A stretch of 64,000 nucleotides of DNA from Candidatus Latescibacterota bacterium. Its GTDB lineage: Bacteria > Latescibacterota > UBA2968 > UBA8231. Both the position numbers and the translations under genes were made by a program. The stretch lies in the NCBI GenBank assembly GCA_965208105.1, contig OZ242318.1:736001-800000 (forward strand), given 5' to 3'. How positions within the stretch are numbered: the stretch's first letter is position 1; every line of letters begins with the position of its first letter. This document shows positions 43,561 through 52,970 of this stretch, piece after piece. The notes beneath the pieces were generated by a model that was not told the DNA's origin, ran no database searches, and saw nothing but the letters and a program-made list of their open reading frames with translations.

Positions 43561-43832
43561 GGAACTTTCTCCTGTTTTTCGGCTCCTATATTATGGCCTC
43601 TCCATCCGCGGCCAGGAAAGCCGGCGCTGGCCGAAGTCGTCTCGGATGGAAAACGCCGCCGCGGTCCTTCCAACTCTCCCGGCAGCGGGCAAGGTAATTG
43701 ACGAAAGACTGCCCTGCAACCAGCTTTTGAACCGAACCAACGCCGATTGAATTTTAGCATCCAGGCAGTTTGCACCGAGTCGCAGGCACCCCGTGCCCGG
43801 CCAATTCCCACCTCGATTCCAAGGAGAAACCC

Positions 43833-44270
43833 ATGACAACCCGACCCACTATCTTCCTCTTCTCCCTGTCCCTTCTGCTCAGCGCCACTTCCGCCCGCGC
43901 CGCCGCGGTGGAGGTGGAAGGCCAGGGCGGTCCGGACCTCTACGTGGTCAAGGTTCACGCCGACTGGTGCGGCTCCTGCAAGGCCCTGGCTCCCATCCTC
44001 GACGAAGTGCGCCAGGCCGTAGCCGCCGAGTCCGTTCTCTTCCTCAAGCTGGACGTAACCGACGCCGCCCTCACCGCCCAGTCCCGCCTGCTGGCAGCCG
44101 CCCTCGACATCGAGGAAATCTTCAAGGCCAACAACAAGACCGGGCTGGTCCTGCTGGTCGACCCGGAAGACGATACTCTGCTCGAAGTCCTGACCCGGAA
44201 AAATCCCGCCGCCGATATGACCGCCAGGATCAAGGGTCATCTTGCTGCCATGGCCGATACCGAAGGGTAG
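43833..44270 (+). CDS. exported thioredoxin-domain protein
   Basis: Signal peptide; HADWCGSCK; AAGGAG SD. Confidence 0.85.
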   Translation: MTTRPTIFLFSLSLLLSATSARAAAVEVEGQGGPDLYVVKVHADWCGSCKALAPILDEVRQAVAAESVLFLKLDVTDAALTAQSRLLAAALDIEEIFKANNKTGLVLLVDPEDDTLLEVLTRKNPAADMTARIKGHLAAMADTEG

Positions 44271-44460
44271 CCGATAGAGGGAGGACGAGGGCCTCGCCCA
44301 GGATGAACCGCCTGCAGGCACCGATGCCGGTGGAGGCCACCCCGGGGCCAGGGGATCGAGGCCTTCGGTGATGGATCGCCTCCCGCAGGCCGGAAGGCGG
44401 TGGCGTGGCGACACAGGGTCTGCGGTCTCGCGGAGGGGGCCCAATCGAATCCGGCGCCCC

Positions 44461-45435
44461 TCACTCCTGCAGGATCAGCCTCCTGCCCTGCGCCGCCGCC
44501 CGCTCGGCGCCTAGGCCGATGCGGATCGATTCCAGGGCCATATCCAGTTCGGCGCTCCAACCATCACCGGCCCCCTGTACTTCATCCAGAAACAGCCTTT
44601 CCAGCGAGAGTTCTCCCTCCTCCGCCGGGGGCAGGGGCACCACCCCCTCCGGCGTGGAGCGCAGCCAGCCGCCGTCCTCGTGCACCAGGGCGCCGCCCTC
44701 CAGCACCAGGCGCTGGTACTGCTCGGCCCGGTGGATGGCGATGCCGCCTGCCCAGGTCCACTCGGCGCTGCCGCCGCCGGCGAATCCCACCACCGCCCGG
44801 TTGACGAAGCGCTCGTAGGTCCCCTGCCGGTCCAGGCCCTCGTAATGGGTGTAGCCCTCGACCCAGGCCGCCGGTCCGAACAGGTCCACCAGGGGATAGA
44901 CGTGGTAGACGAAAAACAAGGCTGGCGGACCCGATACGGGAAGGTTGAACAGAACCTCGGGCCGCGCCCCTCTCCCCGGTGTCAGGCGCGTGAACATGGC
45001 CACCAGAAGACCCCCCATCTCCCTGGCCGTCTCCTTGAGCCGGCGGTGTGCGGGAGCGGCCGCCTCGCCGTGGGCGACGCGCAGCACCTTGCCGCTGGAT
45101 CGCGCCGCCTGCAGCAGGGCCTCGCCTTCTTCGAGGCGGCGCGCCAGTGGGTACTCGAGGAACACGTGCTTGCCCGCCTCCAGCGCGGCGCGGGAGATGG
45201 GACCGTGGCTGTCGTTGCTGGTGCAGACCGCCACCGCGTCCACGTCGGAGCGCTGAATAAGCTCTTCCCAGCTTCCCAGCAGCTCCAGCCCGTGGCGCCC
45301 GGCGAGCTCCTCCCCGGTGCTCCGGTTGCGGGCGGCCAGGACTACGGGGCGGCAGTCCTCCAGGGATGCAAAGGCGGCCGCCCGCTTCGCCGCCATGCCT
45401 CCGGAGCCCACCAGACCCAGGCGAACTGCTTTCAT
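44461..45435 (-). CDS. Gfo/Idh/MocA oxidoreductase
   Basis: GSGGMA; H.....ALEAGKHVFLEYP. Confidence 0.88.
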   Translation of the reverse strand: MKAVRLGLVGSGGMAAKRAAAFASLEDCRPVVLAARNRSTGEELAGRHGLELLGSWEELIQRSDVDAVAVCTSNDSHGPISRAALEAGKHVFLEYPLARRLEEGEALLQAARSSGKVLRVAHGEAAAPAHRRLKETAREMGGLLVAMFTRLTPGRGARPEVLFNLPVSGPPALFFVYHVYPLVDLFGPAAWVEGYTHYEGLDRQGTYERFVNRAVVGFAGGGSAEWTWAGGIAIHRAEQYQRLVLEGGALVHEDGGWLRSTPEGVVPLPPAEEGELSLERLFLDEVQGAGDGWSAELDMALESIRIGLGAERAAAQGRRLILQE

Positions 45436-45530
45436 CGGCTGATTCCCTCCTGCTATTCTGATCGAGAGTTTTTATGTTTATTCAAGCCAAACACGGCAAC
45501 TTCCCTGTCGAGCGCGAAACGGAGAAGGCG

Positions 45531-47186
45531 ATGAACGCTTCGGACTTATTCGTCAAAGCACTGGAAAATGAAGGTGTGGCCTGCGTATACGGAGTGCCGG
45601 GGGAAGAAAACCTCGTCTTTCTGGAAGCGCTGCGCAAGTCCGGCATCCGGCTCATCCTGACCCGGCACGAACAGGGAGCCGCCTTCATGGCGGCGACCTA
45701 TGGCCGGCTCACCGGCAAGGCGGGTGTGTGCCTGTCCACCCTGGGCCCGGGCGCGACCAACTTCGTCACCGGAGCCGCCTATGCCCAGCTGGGGGGCATG
45801 CCCCTGCTCATGATCACGGGACAGAAGCCGATCAAGAAGAGCAAACAGGGCCAGTTCCAGATCATCGACGTGGTGAGCATGATGGAGCCGCTTACCAAAT
45901 ACACCCGGCAGATCGTCAACGTGGACATGATCCCCTCCCAGGTGCGGGAGGCCTTCCGCCTTGCCCAGGAGGAGCGCCCCGGCGCCGTGCACCTCGAGCT
46001 TCCGGAGGACGTCGCCGAGGAGCCGGTGGACGCACACACCACCCCGGTGTTCGCCATCAGCCGGCGGCGGCGCGGCGACGCCAACGAGCAGGCGATCGAA
46101 GATGCGGTGGCCATGGTCAAGTCCGCGGTCCGTCCGTTGCTCCTTCTGGGGGCGGGGACCAACCGCAAGCGCATCTGGGAATCCGTAGCCTTCTTTCTCG
46201 ACAAAACGGGTATCCCTTTCTTCAACACCCAACTGGGCAAGGGGGTGGTCGGTGGTTACCATCCCCTGTTCCTCGGCACCGCGGCCTTGTCCGAGGGCGA
46301 CTACCTCCACTGCGCCATCGAGCGCTCCGACCTGATCCTCAACGTCGGCCACGACGTGGTGGAAAAACCGCCGTTCTTCATGTCCCACGACGATGAGGCC
46401 ACCCGGGTCATCCACATAAACTTCCAGTCGGCGATGGTCGACAACGTCTATTTCCCCCAGTTGGAGGTGGTCGGCGACATCGCCAACACCCTCCGACGCC
46501 TGGCCGACAAGGCCGGCAGGACCGAGTCCCACGACTTCGCTTACTACATGAGAGTCCGGGACCAGATCCAGGAACACATCCACCTGGGGGAAGACGACGA
46601 CAGCTTTCCGGTCAAACCCCAGCGCCTGGTCTGGGACGTGCGCAAGGTCATGCCCCAGGACGGCATCGTCGCCCTGGACAACGGGGTCTACAAAATCTGG
46701 TTCGCGCGCAACTATCCCACCACCCAGCCCAACACGGTGTTGCTGGACAATGCCCTGGCGACCATGGGCGCCGGGCTGCCCGCGGCCATCGAGGCGGCGC
46801 GGCTCCATCCCCGGCGGCGGGTGATGGCGATTTGCGGCGACGGCGGCTTCATGATGAACAGCCAGGAGCTGGAGACCGCCATTAGGCTGGGCATCAACCT
46901 GGTAATTTTGATACTGAGAGACAACGCATACGGAATGATCCGCTGGAAGCAGTACGCCATGGGACTGGCCGACTTCGGCCTGGAATTCGGCAACCCGGAC
47001 TTCTCCATCTACGCCGAGAGCTACGGCGCCCGCGGTCATCGGGCCGAATCCGCCGATGCCATCGCGCCCTTGCTGGATCAATGTTACGCCGAGGGCGGGG
47101 TCCACCTCGTCGACATACCGGTGGACTATTCGGAGAATCAGAAGGTCCTGGTGGACGAGCTCCAGGCCAAAGTTTGCCTGCTCTGA
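45531..47186 (+). CDS. acetolactate synthase large subunit (ThDP enzyme)
   Basis: GVPGEEN, RHEQGAAFMA, GPGATN, ATMGAG, GDGGF....N motif. Confidence 0.93.
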   Translation: MNASDLFVKALENEGVACVYGVPGEENLVFLEALRKSGIRLILTRHEQGAAFMAATYGRLTGKAGVCLSTLGPGATNFVTGAAYAQLGGMPLLMITGQKPIKKSKQGQFQIIDVVSMMEPLTKYTRQIVNVDMIPSQVREAFRLAQEERPGAVHLELPEDVAEEPVDAHTTPVFAISRRRRGDANEQAIEDAVAMVKSAVRPLLLLGAGTNRKRIWESVAFFLDKTGIPFFNTQLGKGVVGGYHPLFLGTAALSEGDYLHCAIERSDLILNVGHDVVEKPPFFMSHDDEATRVIHINFQSAMVDNVYFPQLEVVGDIANTLRRLADKAGRTESHDFAYYMRVRDQIQEHIHLGEDDDSFPVKPQRLVWDVRKVMPQDGIVALDNGVYKIWFARNYPTTQPNTVLLDNALATMGAGLPAAIEAARLHPRRRVMAICGDGGFMMNSQELETAIRLGINLVILILRDNAYGMIRWKQYAMGLADFGLEFGNPDFSIYAESYGARGHRAESADAIAPLLDQCYAEGGVHLVDIPVDYSENQKVLVDELQAKVCLL

Positions 47187-47297
47187 CCAGGGCCGTGGGG
47201 AAGCCGCGGCTTCGAGCCATTCAGCCCGACCGTCGCGGCTGAACCCAAGCATGGATCAGGCCAGCTCCCGGATGGCCGTTTGCAGATCCTTGCCAGG

Positions 47298-48068
47298 TCA
47301 GATCCCGATCTCGCCTCTCAGGTAGCGCTTCCAGAGCCTCTCGGTGATGTCGACGTAGTCGGCATCAACACCAAAGCGCCCGAAATATTGGCACAGCCGC
47401 TGGATATCCCGGGCGAAAAAGCCGAATGCGTTCCGATTGCAAAGCGTGTCCACCGCTTGCGGGAAGTCGATAATCTTCAAGCTTTCCTTCCAATAAAGAA
47501 CGTTGAAGGCGGACAGATCACCATGGACCAGATTACAGGCCAGAAACAATTCCACGTTGCGGATCAGCCTTTTGAACATCCTCTGTGCTTCATCCCGCTC
47601 CAAGGCCACCTCCTGTAGCAAGGGAGCGGCGCGTTCCTCGTCGCCTATGTAACCCATCAGCATCGCATGCCCTCCGCTGGCCACCGGTTCAGGCACGTCG
47701 GCGCCGATGTCGTGCAGCCGCTGCATAGTTGTGAATTCGTGGCTGATCCAGGCTGCGTCCTCGGTCGCCTTGCCGGTTCTGCTCTTCCTCTTGATTGCCC
47801 TCAGCAGCCGCTTGTCGGTGGTGACTGTGCGGCCAGCCTTATAGGCCGAGTAATTCTTCATCTCCCGATGGCCCCTGTGACGGTAGACCTTGGCGGCCAG
47901 TAGATCGTATCCGACGGCCGGGTTGGCTCGGCAGCAGTATACGTTTGCTTCCTTGCCTCCCTTTGCCCTGTAGAGCACGTCGGTGAACCAGCCATCCGCG
48001 TAAAATTCCTCCATGGCCTGGCGAACCCATGCGCGCTCGAATTTGGTCCCTTCGAAATGAAAATCCAA
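47298..48068 (-). CDS. RIO1-family Ser/Thr kinase
   Basis: GGKEANVY, AAKVY, VHGDLSAFNVL, IIDFPQAV. Confidence 0.92.
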   Translation of the reverse strand: MDFHFEGTKFERAWVRQAMEEFYADGWFTDVLYRAKGGKEANVYCCRANPAVGYDLLAAKVYRHRGHREMKNYSAYKAGRTVTTDKRLLRAIKRKSRTGKATEDAAWISHEFTTMQRLHDIGADVPEPVASGGHAMLMGYIGDEERAAPLLQEVALERDEAQRMFKRLIRNVELFLACNLVHGDLSAFNVLYWKESLKIIDFPQAVDTLCNRNAFGFFARDIQRLCQYFGRFGVDADYVDITERLWKRYLRGEIGI

Positions 48069-48152
48069 GACGGTCTCCTGTAGCGTAGTACATCAATTTT
48101 ACCCGATGGCGAATGCACTTAAGCGTCACCCAGGGACTCCGTTCAGGGGGAG

Positions 48153-49076
48153 TCATGTGCTCAATTCCTTGAAGTAGGCAAGTGAAGTGTCGGCCGTGGC
48201 ATAACCCTCCGATTCGTAAAGCGATAGGGCAGCAAGATTCTTCACCCGGCAATTAAGAACACTCGTTTTGTAACCTTCAAACCGCATTTCGCGAAGCGCG
48301 CGGCGCAGAAGACAGCGCCCGAATCCCCTTCGACGATAGACTTCCTTCACCCCGAGCCACCGCGTATAGCTACACGACTCCAGGGCGTCGATGCCCGCGT
48401 AGGTGCGTCCGGATTGGGATCGGCAGCTGCCCATGACCTCGCCGTCGACAGTGACTTTAACCCAGATGTTCGGACGGGCGCCGGCACCCTCGGTCTTCTC
48501 TATGACGACATCGGCCTCCGGAGGCAGGTCGGCGAGGGGAACAGATTCCAACGATCGTTCCATCGTCAGGTGCTCATCGTGGGCCCTGTACCCGCTCTCC
48601 CGCAGCAGAGACGAAACGTGGCTAATACGGGTCGAGAGGATACCGACCTTATGGTTGTGAAAGGGGTATCCATGATACAGCGGGAAGGCGTCTATACGGG
48701 GTAGGCCCTCCGCCTGGAAGATCTGCTCCGAATGGCTTAGAAGCACATGACCGACTTCCCTCCGATCCGGTGAGAATGCAAGGAATCGGATGATTCCGCA
48801 CTCGATATCCTCACCGTCGACCTCGACATCACTGCTGGCGCAGAGATGGGCGAATCCAACAGGTCTCCTTGCATCCGACGCGGTGATCAGTCTTTGTGAC
48901 CGCGCGGTGGCACAGGATTCGTCGTCGGACTCCACCGGGATTATTCCGGTCGCGAATTCGTCCGGCCAGACGGCGTAGTAGTACGGCGCGTCTGCCGTCG
49001 ATTCGACCCACAGGGCATGAAGCTCGGCTGCCCGGTCCATGTCCCACTGTTCAATCAATTTTGTCCCCACCGACAT
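48153..49076 (-). CDS. tandem GNAT acetyltransferase
   Basis: V...YRRRGFGR.L and N..A.SLYE..GY; degenerate N-terminal GNAT. Confidence 0.8.
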   Translation of the reverse strand: MSVGTKLIEQWDMDRAAELHALWVESTADAPYYYAVWPDEFATGIIPVESDDESCATARSQRLITASDARRPVGFAHLCASSDVEVDGEDIECGIIRFLAFSPDRREVGHVLLSHSEQIFQAEGLPRIDAFPLYHGYPFHNHKVGILSTRISHVSSLLRESGYRAHDEHLTMERSLESVPLADLPPEADVVIEKTEGAGARPNIWVKVTVDGEVMGSCRSQSGRTYAGIDALESCSYTRWLGVKEVYRRRGFGRCLLRRALREMRFEGYKTSVLNCRVKNLAALSLYESEGYATADTSLAYFKELST

Positions 49077-49226
49077 GGATCCCGTCGAGCGTGAGCATGG
49101 ACCCATGATGATTGCTTCCCCGGCAAGAACCCAGGTAATACAGCCAGGTGATCAGTCGAGAAAACGGTGTCTGTCTTGCAGTTTGGCATGTTTAATTCCG
49201 TGTCCCAAGGTCGAAGAGGTGATATT

Positions 49227-49258
49227 CCTGGGGCAGCGGTCGCCGCCGCTGCCCCAGG
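49227..49258. repeat. 13-bp perfect inverted repeat (hairpin)
   Basis: cctggggcagcgg / ccgctgccccagg; no U-tract. Confidence 0.8.
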
Positions 49259-49293
49259 CCGGTTTCGCAATGCCGCTGCGCGTCAAAGAGCCA

Positions 49294-49386
49294 TTATCTG
49301 AGTAAGCGCAGGAGCGGCATCATAGCGAATACCAAAAGGCTGATGAGTCCGTACATCAGTCCCTGGTTGATGATCTCGCGTCGCAT
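49294..49386 (-). CDS. 30-aa small membrane peptide
   Basis: AAGGAG SD; MRREIINQGLMYGLISLLVFAMMPLLRLLR. Confidence 0.5.
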   Translation of the reverse strand: MRREIINQGLMYGLISLLVFAMMPLLRLLR

Positions 49387-49489
49387 CGTGTGGTTGCTCC
49401 TTGCGATGAGGTTCCTGGTTGGCTTGGTGAACGTCGCGCAGACCCGTCGCCGCCCGCCCGGGCAGGGCGGCAACGACGAGCATCTTTCA

Positions 49490-49535
49490 CAAAAAAAGAG
49501 GCCGCGGCGCTTTGTTCTTCGCGCCGCGGCCTCTT
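49490..49535 (-). terminator. intrinsic terminator
   Basis: 15-bp inverted repeat aagaggccgcggcgc/gcgccgcggcctctt plus a T-run on the minus strand. Confidence 0.8.
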
Positions 49536-49565
49536 GCCACGTTGAGTTTCTCGCAACAGCGAGCC

Positions 49566-49718
49566 TCAGTCGGGAGGGATGGATCCCCCTCCTCTCGGCG
49601 CGAATTGGGTCTTTTCGAGCTGCATACCGGCGGCCAGAATGGCGCACCCGCCATAAAGATTTCCCCCTGCAGCCCTGCGCGGCGTCCCGCGCATTTCGAA
49701 GCGATCTACACTTTTCAT
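49566..49718 (-). CDS. 50-aa small ORF / possible leader peptide
   Basis: AGGAGG SD 6 nt before ATG; TTGACA at 49812-49817 upstream; terminator downstream. MKSVDRFEM...APRGGGSIPPD. Confidence 0.45.
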   Translation of the reverse strand: MKSVDRFEMRGTPRRAAGGNLYGGCAILAAGMQLEKTQFAPRGGGSIPPD

Positions 49719-49894
49719 TTTCATCCTCCTGAGCGCGCTCTCAAAAGCGTCGTGGAGTCTGTCATTCGCCCTTGTGAATCTGATTTAGAGTTACGAGGAG
49801 GCGTGAAACAATGTCAAGAGAGGGCGAAAAAAAATCACAAAAAAACAAAATGAGGTTACATCAAATTCCTGGGCAGGCTCGGGCAAGATGGCAA

Positions 49895-51235
49895 TTAGAG
49901 AGGGTCCATGCGCATGGGCATGAGCACCGCGCTATGCTTCCCGTCCTCCACGTCGAAGTGAAGCGCCGAGAGACCGTCCTTGAAGCGGATGCGGATTTCA
50001 TCGGCTGCCTCCCCCAGTGCCGACACGATGGTCTTCAGGAAATGGTGGTTGACCCCCACCCGCAAGCTATCCGCGTCGAGACCGGTCAGGCGGATCGGAC
50101 AGCCCACCGCGTAAGCCCACTCAGGCTCTGCTGGACTCAGGTTTGGCGCGGCTTCCTCGATCTGGTAGAATCCCTGATCGCGGCTGGTGCGCAGGGTGAG
50201 TCTCCCCTCCAGAGCGCATAGGCGCAGCTCAACCAGAGGTCTGTATTCCCATCCTTCGTCCTCGACCCGGTGCCTCGGCCCCAGGTACGGCTCGATTGCT
50301 TCCACACATCCCATCAGCTCGGCGCTTCCCACGACGGCGGAGATGGGTCCCGACCGTCCCACCGCCTTCTCGTACTGAACGTAGGGGCCGGGGACTACCG
50401 GAAACGTCACCCTGGCTCCATCCGCCGTCTTCAGGGTGGTTTCCTCCTCTTCGATCACCAGGGTGGCACCCTGCGCCGGCGGTACCTCCCCGCAGTCCAC
50501 CGAGCTCAGTATCACCGGGCTCGCCAGGGAACTCAGGCCCGCGCTCGACCAGTTGAGCAGGCGCATTCCATCGCAGGCTACCATCCTGCCCCCGGCGTCC
50601 AGGCAGACACACTCCAGAATCGGCCGGTTGGGATCATCGCTGCGAAAGCGGGACAGGTGACGCAATCCAACCAGATCGGCGGCGGTGAGCTCGAAAGTTT
50701 GGGAGCAGCTGGACTCGGACATGGCGATTACCTCCTTTTGCAGACGTGACCGGGCCTTCTGCAGGCGGCTGCGGACGGTATCCGTTTTGAGGTCGAGCAG
50801 AACTGCCGTCTGGCGGTAGGAATAGCCCTTCAGGTAGTGGTGTACGATCACCTCTTGCTGCGCCGCGGACAGCCGGCCCAGCGCTGCCCGCATCAGGCTG
50901 CGAAGCTGCCTCTCCTCCGGTACGGGCGCAGGAACCGTGTCGACCCGTTTGAGCAGATCGAGCTGAACGAGACGCCGGCGCTGCCACATGCGGACATGGT
51001 TATCGGCAATGGAACACAGCCAGGCACCGAAGCTCGCGGGATTGCGCAGGGTGGCCAACTGCTGAAACGCGGCCATGAATACTTCCTGCAGCAGATCCTC
51101 CGCCGTCTCCCGCGAACCCAGTTTCGGGGCGATCCGGGCCATCAGCCAACCTGCGTGCTCTTCGACCAGCAGGGCGAAAGCTCCGGCGTCCCCGGCGGTG
51201 GCAGCTCTGACGCGATTTTCCTCATCCACACACAT
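49895..51235 (-). CDS. ECF sigma factor fused to beta-sliding-clamp (DnaN) domains II-III
   Basis: Sigma2 AEDLLQEVF..F.AWL..IA.N and sigma4 GYSY...A..L.....VRSRL.KAR, followed by SDDPNRPIL, VACDGMRL, GPYVQY, VGVN..FL and VLMPMRM. Confidence 0.85.
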   Translation of the reverse strand: MCVDEENRVRAATAGDAGAFALLVEEHAGWLMARIAPKLGSRETAEDLLQEVFMAAFQQLATLRNPASFGAWLCSIADNHVRMWQRRRLVQLDLLKRVDTVPAPVPEERQLRSLMRAALGRLSAAQQEVIVHHYLKGYSYRQTAVLLDLKTDTVRSRLQKARSRLQKEVIAMSESSCSQTFELTAADLVGLRHLSRFRSDDPNRPILECVCLDAGGRMVACDGMRLLNWSSAGLSSLASPVILSSVDCGEVPPAQGATLVIEEEETTLKTADGARVTFPVVPGPYVQYEKAVGRSGPISAVVGSAELMGCVEAIEPYLGPRHRVEDEGWEYRPLVELRLCALEGRLTLRTSRDQGFYQIEEAAPNLSPAEPEWAYAVGCPIRLTGLDADSLRVGVNHHFLKTIVSALGEAADEIRIRFKDGLSALHFDVEDGKHSAVLMPMRMDPL

Positions 51236-51497
51236 GATCTACCATATAGTTGCACCGCATCACCGGAAGTATCCCGTGGTGGAAATTCTATTGCGACCTG
51301 AGGATCTTCCGCCTACAGGATGTGGCCTTGCGAGGACGGTTGTCACCGGGCCGCCGAGTTCCCTGAATTCTATTCTGACCAAGCACAGCCTGGTGTGTCG
51401 GCGGTCTTCCGTATTCGGACCCGGTGCCCGAAGATTGCTTCGCTGCCATGCATTTTGTAAAATTGCCCATCCAAAGCAAAATTCAATTGACTTGTTC

Positions 51498-51617
51498 GTA
51501 TACAAGAAAATCGAAGAGGTGACGGCGGCCCAGACCCACCTGGCGGACGTGCTGGCCCGTTTCGACCCCAGGCTCGTCAACATGCCCCCCCCACGGCGAG
51601 CGACCCCGGAGGATTGA
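51498..51617 (+). pseudogene. probable 3' remnant of RNA ligase RtcB
   Basis: YKKIEEVTAAQTHLADVLARFDPRLVNM resembles the RtcB C-terminus YKdI.eVm.aQ.dLv.v...f.P..v.m. Confidence 0.5.
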
Positions 51618-52768
51618 AGGCCATGAGGATTACCGACGTCGAGGCCTTCGCGATACGGATACCGAGGAACGGCGGCTCCGACGAACCCGGCAGGTCTCCC
51701 GTGTATTCCATTCCCGATGGAAGGCACCCGATCAAGTCCGATATGCACGAAACCCTGGTGGTGCGCGTAACCACGGACGCAGGTCTGGCGGGTTACGGCG
51801 AGGGCCAGAGTCCTGTTTCACCCGAAACTCCGAAGACCATCGTGGATAACCTGTGTCGACCCCTGCTGGTCGGGGCGGATCCCTTCGACGTGGACTACAT
51901 CTGGCAGCGCCAGTTCGACGGCATGCGGGAGCGGGGACACTTGACCGGGTTCTACGTGGATGCCCTGGCCGCCTGCGACATCGCATTGTGGGACTTGATG
52001 GGAAAGGCGACGGGAAAAGCCGTACACAAGCTGCTGGGCGGCAGGTTCAGGGACCGGATCGAGTTGTACACGGGATGCGCGGGGCGGGAACCGGACACCG
52101 CCGCGGACCGGGCGGAAGCCCTCGTTGCGGTGGGCTACAGGGGACTGAAACTGTCACCCGAGAGGGACCGCCGAAAAACGCTCGCAATCGTCGCCGCGGT
52201 GCGCGACCGCGTCGGACCGGGTATCGCCGTCATGGTGGACCTGCACACCGAGTTCGGCACGGTTGAAGCGATAAAACTGGGCCGGGAGCTTGAGAAGCTG
52301 GACGTCTACTGGCTGGAAGCGCCTGCCGTGCCCGATGACATAGCCGGGCACGCGGCCGTGACCCGGGCCCTCAACATGAACGTGGCCAGCGCCGAGTGGT
52401 ATCGCACGCGCTACGAAATGAAGGAAGCCTTCCAGCGGCGGGCCTTCGACGTGCTCATGCCGGATATCGGCCGGACCGGTTTGACCGAGGGCAAGCGCAT
52501 CGCCGTGCTCGCGGACACCTACAACATCGCCGTCTCGCCCCACGTGGGCGGTGGAGGCCTGCTGTCCATCGCCGCGACCATCCAGCTTTCCGCGGCAATC
52601 CCCAACTTCCTGGTCATGGAACACGGACACGGGTCCTATCCCACCGCATGCCGCATCGCGCTGGATGCGCCGCAACCCGTTGACGGCGCCTTTCCCGTGA
52701 ACGACGAACCCGGTCTCGGGGTTCGGATCGACGATTCGGCGCTCAGGCGTTTTTCCCGTTCGACATAG
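51614..52768 (+). CDS. mandelate racemase/muconate lactonizing (enolase superfamily) enzyme
   Basis: G.GE, DIALWDLMGK, KxS, D..E..E metal ligands, PH, E, PGLG. Confidence 0.92.
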   Translation: MKAMRITDVEAFAIRIPRNGGSDEPGRSPVYSIPDGRHPIKSDMHETLVVRVTTDAGLAGYGEGQSPVSPETPKTIVDNLCRPLLVGADPFDVDYIWQRQFDGMRERGHLTGFYVDALAACDIALWDLMGKATGKAVHKLLGGRFRDRIELYTGCAGREPDTAADRAEALVAVGYRGLKLSPERDRRKTLAIVAAVRDRVGPGIAVMVDLHTEFGTVEAIKLGRELEKLDVYWLEAPAVPDDIAGHAAVTRALNMNVASAEWYRTRYEMKEAFQRRAFDVLMPDIGRTGLTEGKRIAVLADTYNIAVSPHVGGGGLLSIAATIQLSAAIPNFLVMEHGHGSYPTACRIALDAPQPVDGAFPVNDEPGLGVRIDDSALRRFSRST

Positions 52769-52853
52769 CGCAGGCTCTGGCCACCGGGGTGCTTACACTG
52801 CCATTGTACTTTGGCTCGAGCGGCACCCGCTGCATGCGGCGACGCGGGTCGCG

Positions 52854-52897
52854 GACCCTTGACAATGGTTTCAGCGAATGCCATCGTACCGAAATCG
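52854..52897 (+). repeat. ~44-bp promoter-like repeat, copy 1
   Basis: gacccTTGACAatggtttcagcgaatgcCATCGTaccgaaatcg; near-identical to 58029-58073. Confidence 0.75.
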
Positions 52898-52970
52898 GTG
52901 CCTTATTTTCCCACACATCCCTTCGGCGTTCGTAAATCGTGAAGCCATAGACGCAACAGCAAGAGGAGAA

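Noticed and set aside
49895-50722. The housekeeping dnaN gene
   Set aside because: Lacks domain I, is highly diverged, is fused to a sigma factor and is not in dnaA-recF-gyrB context.
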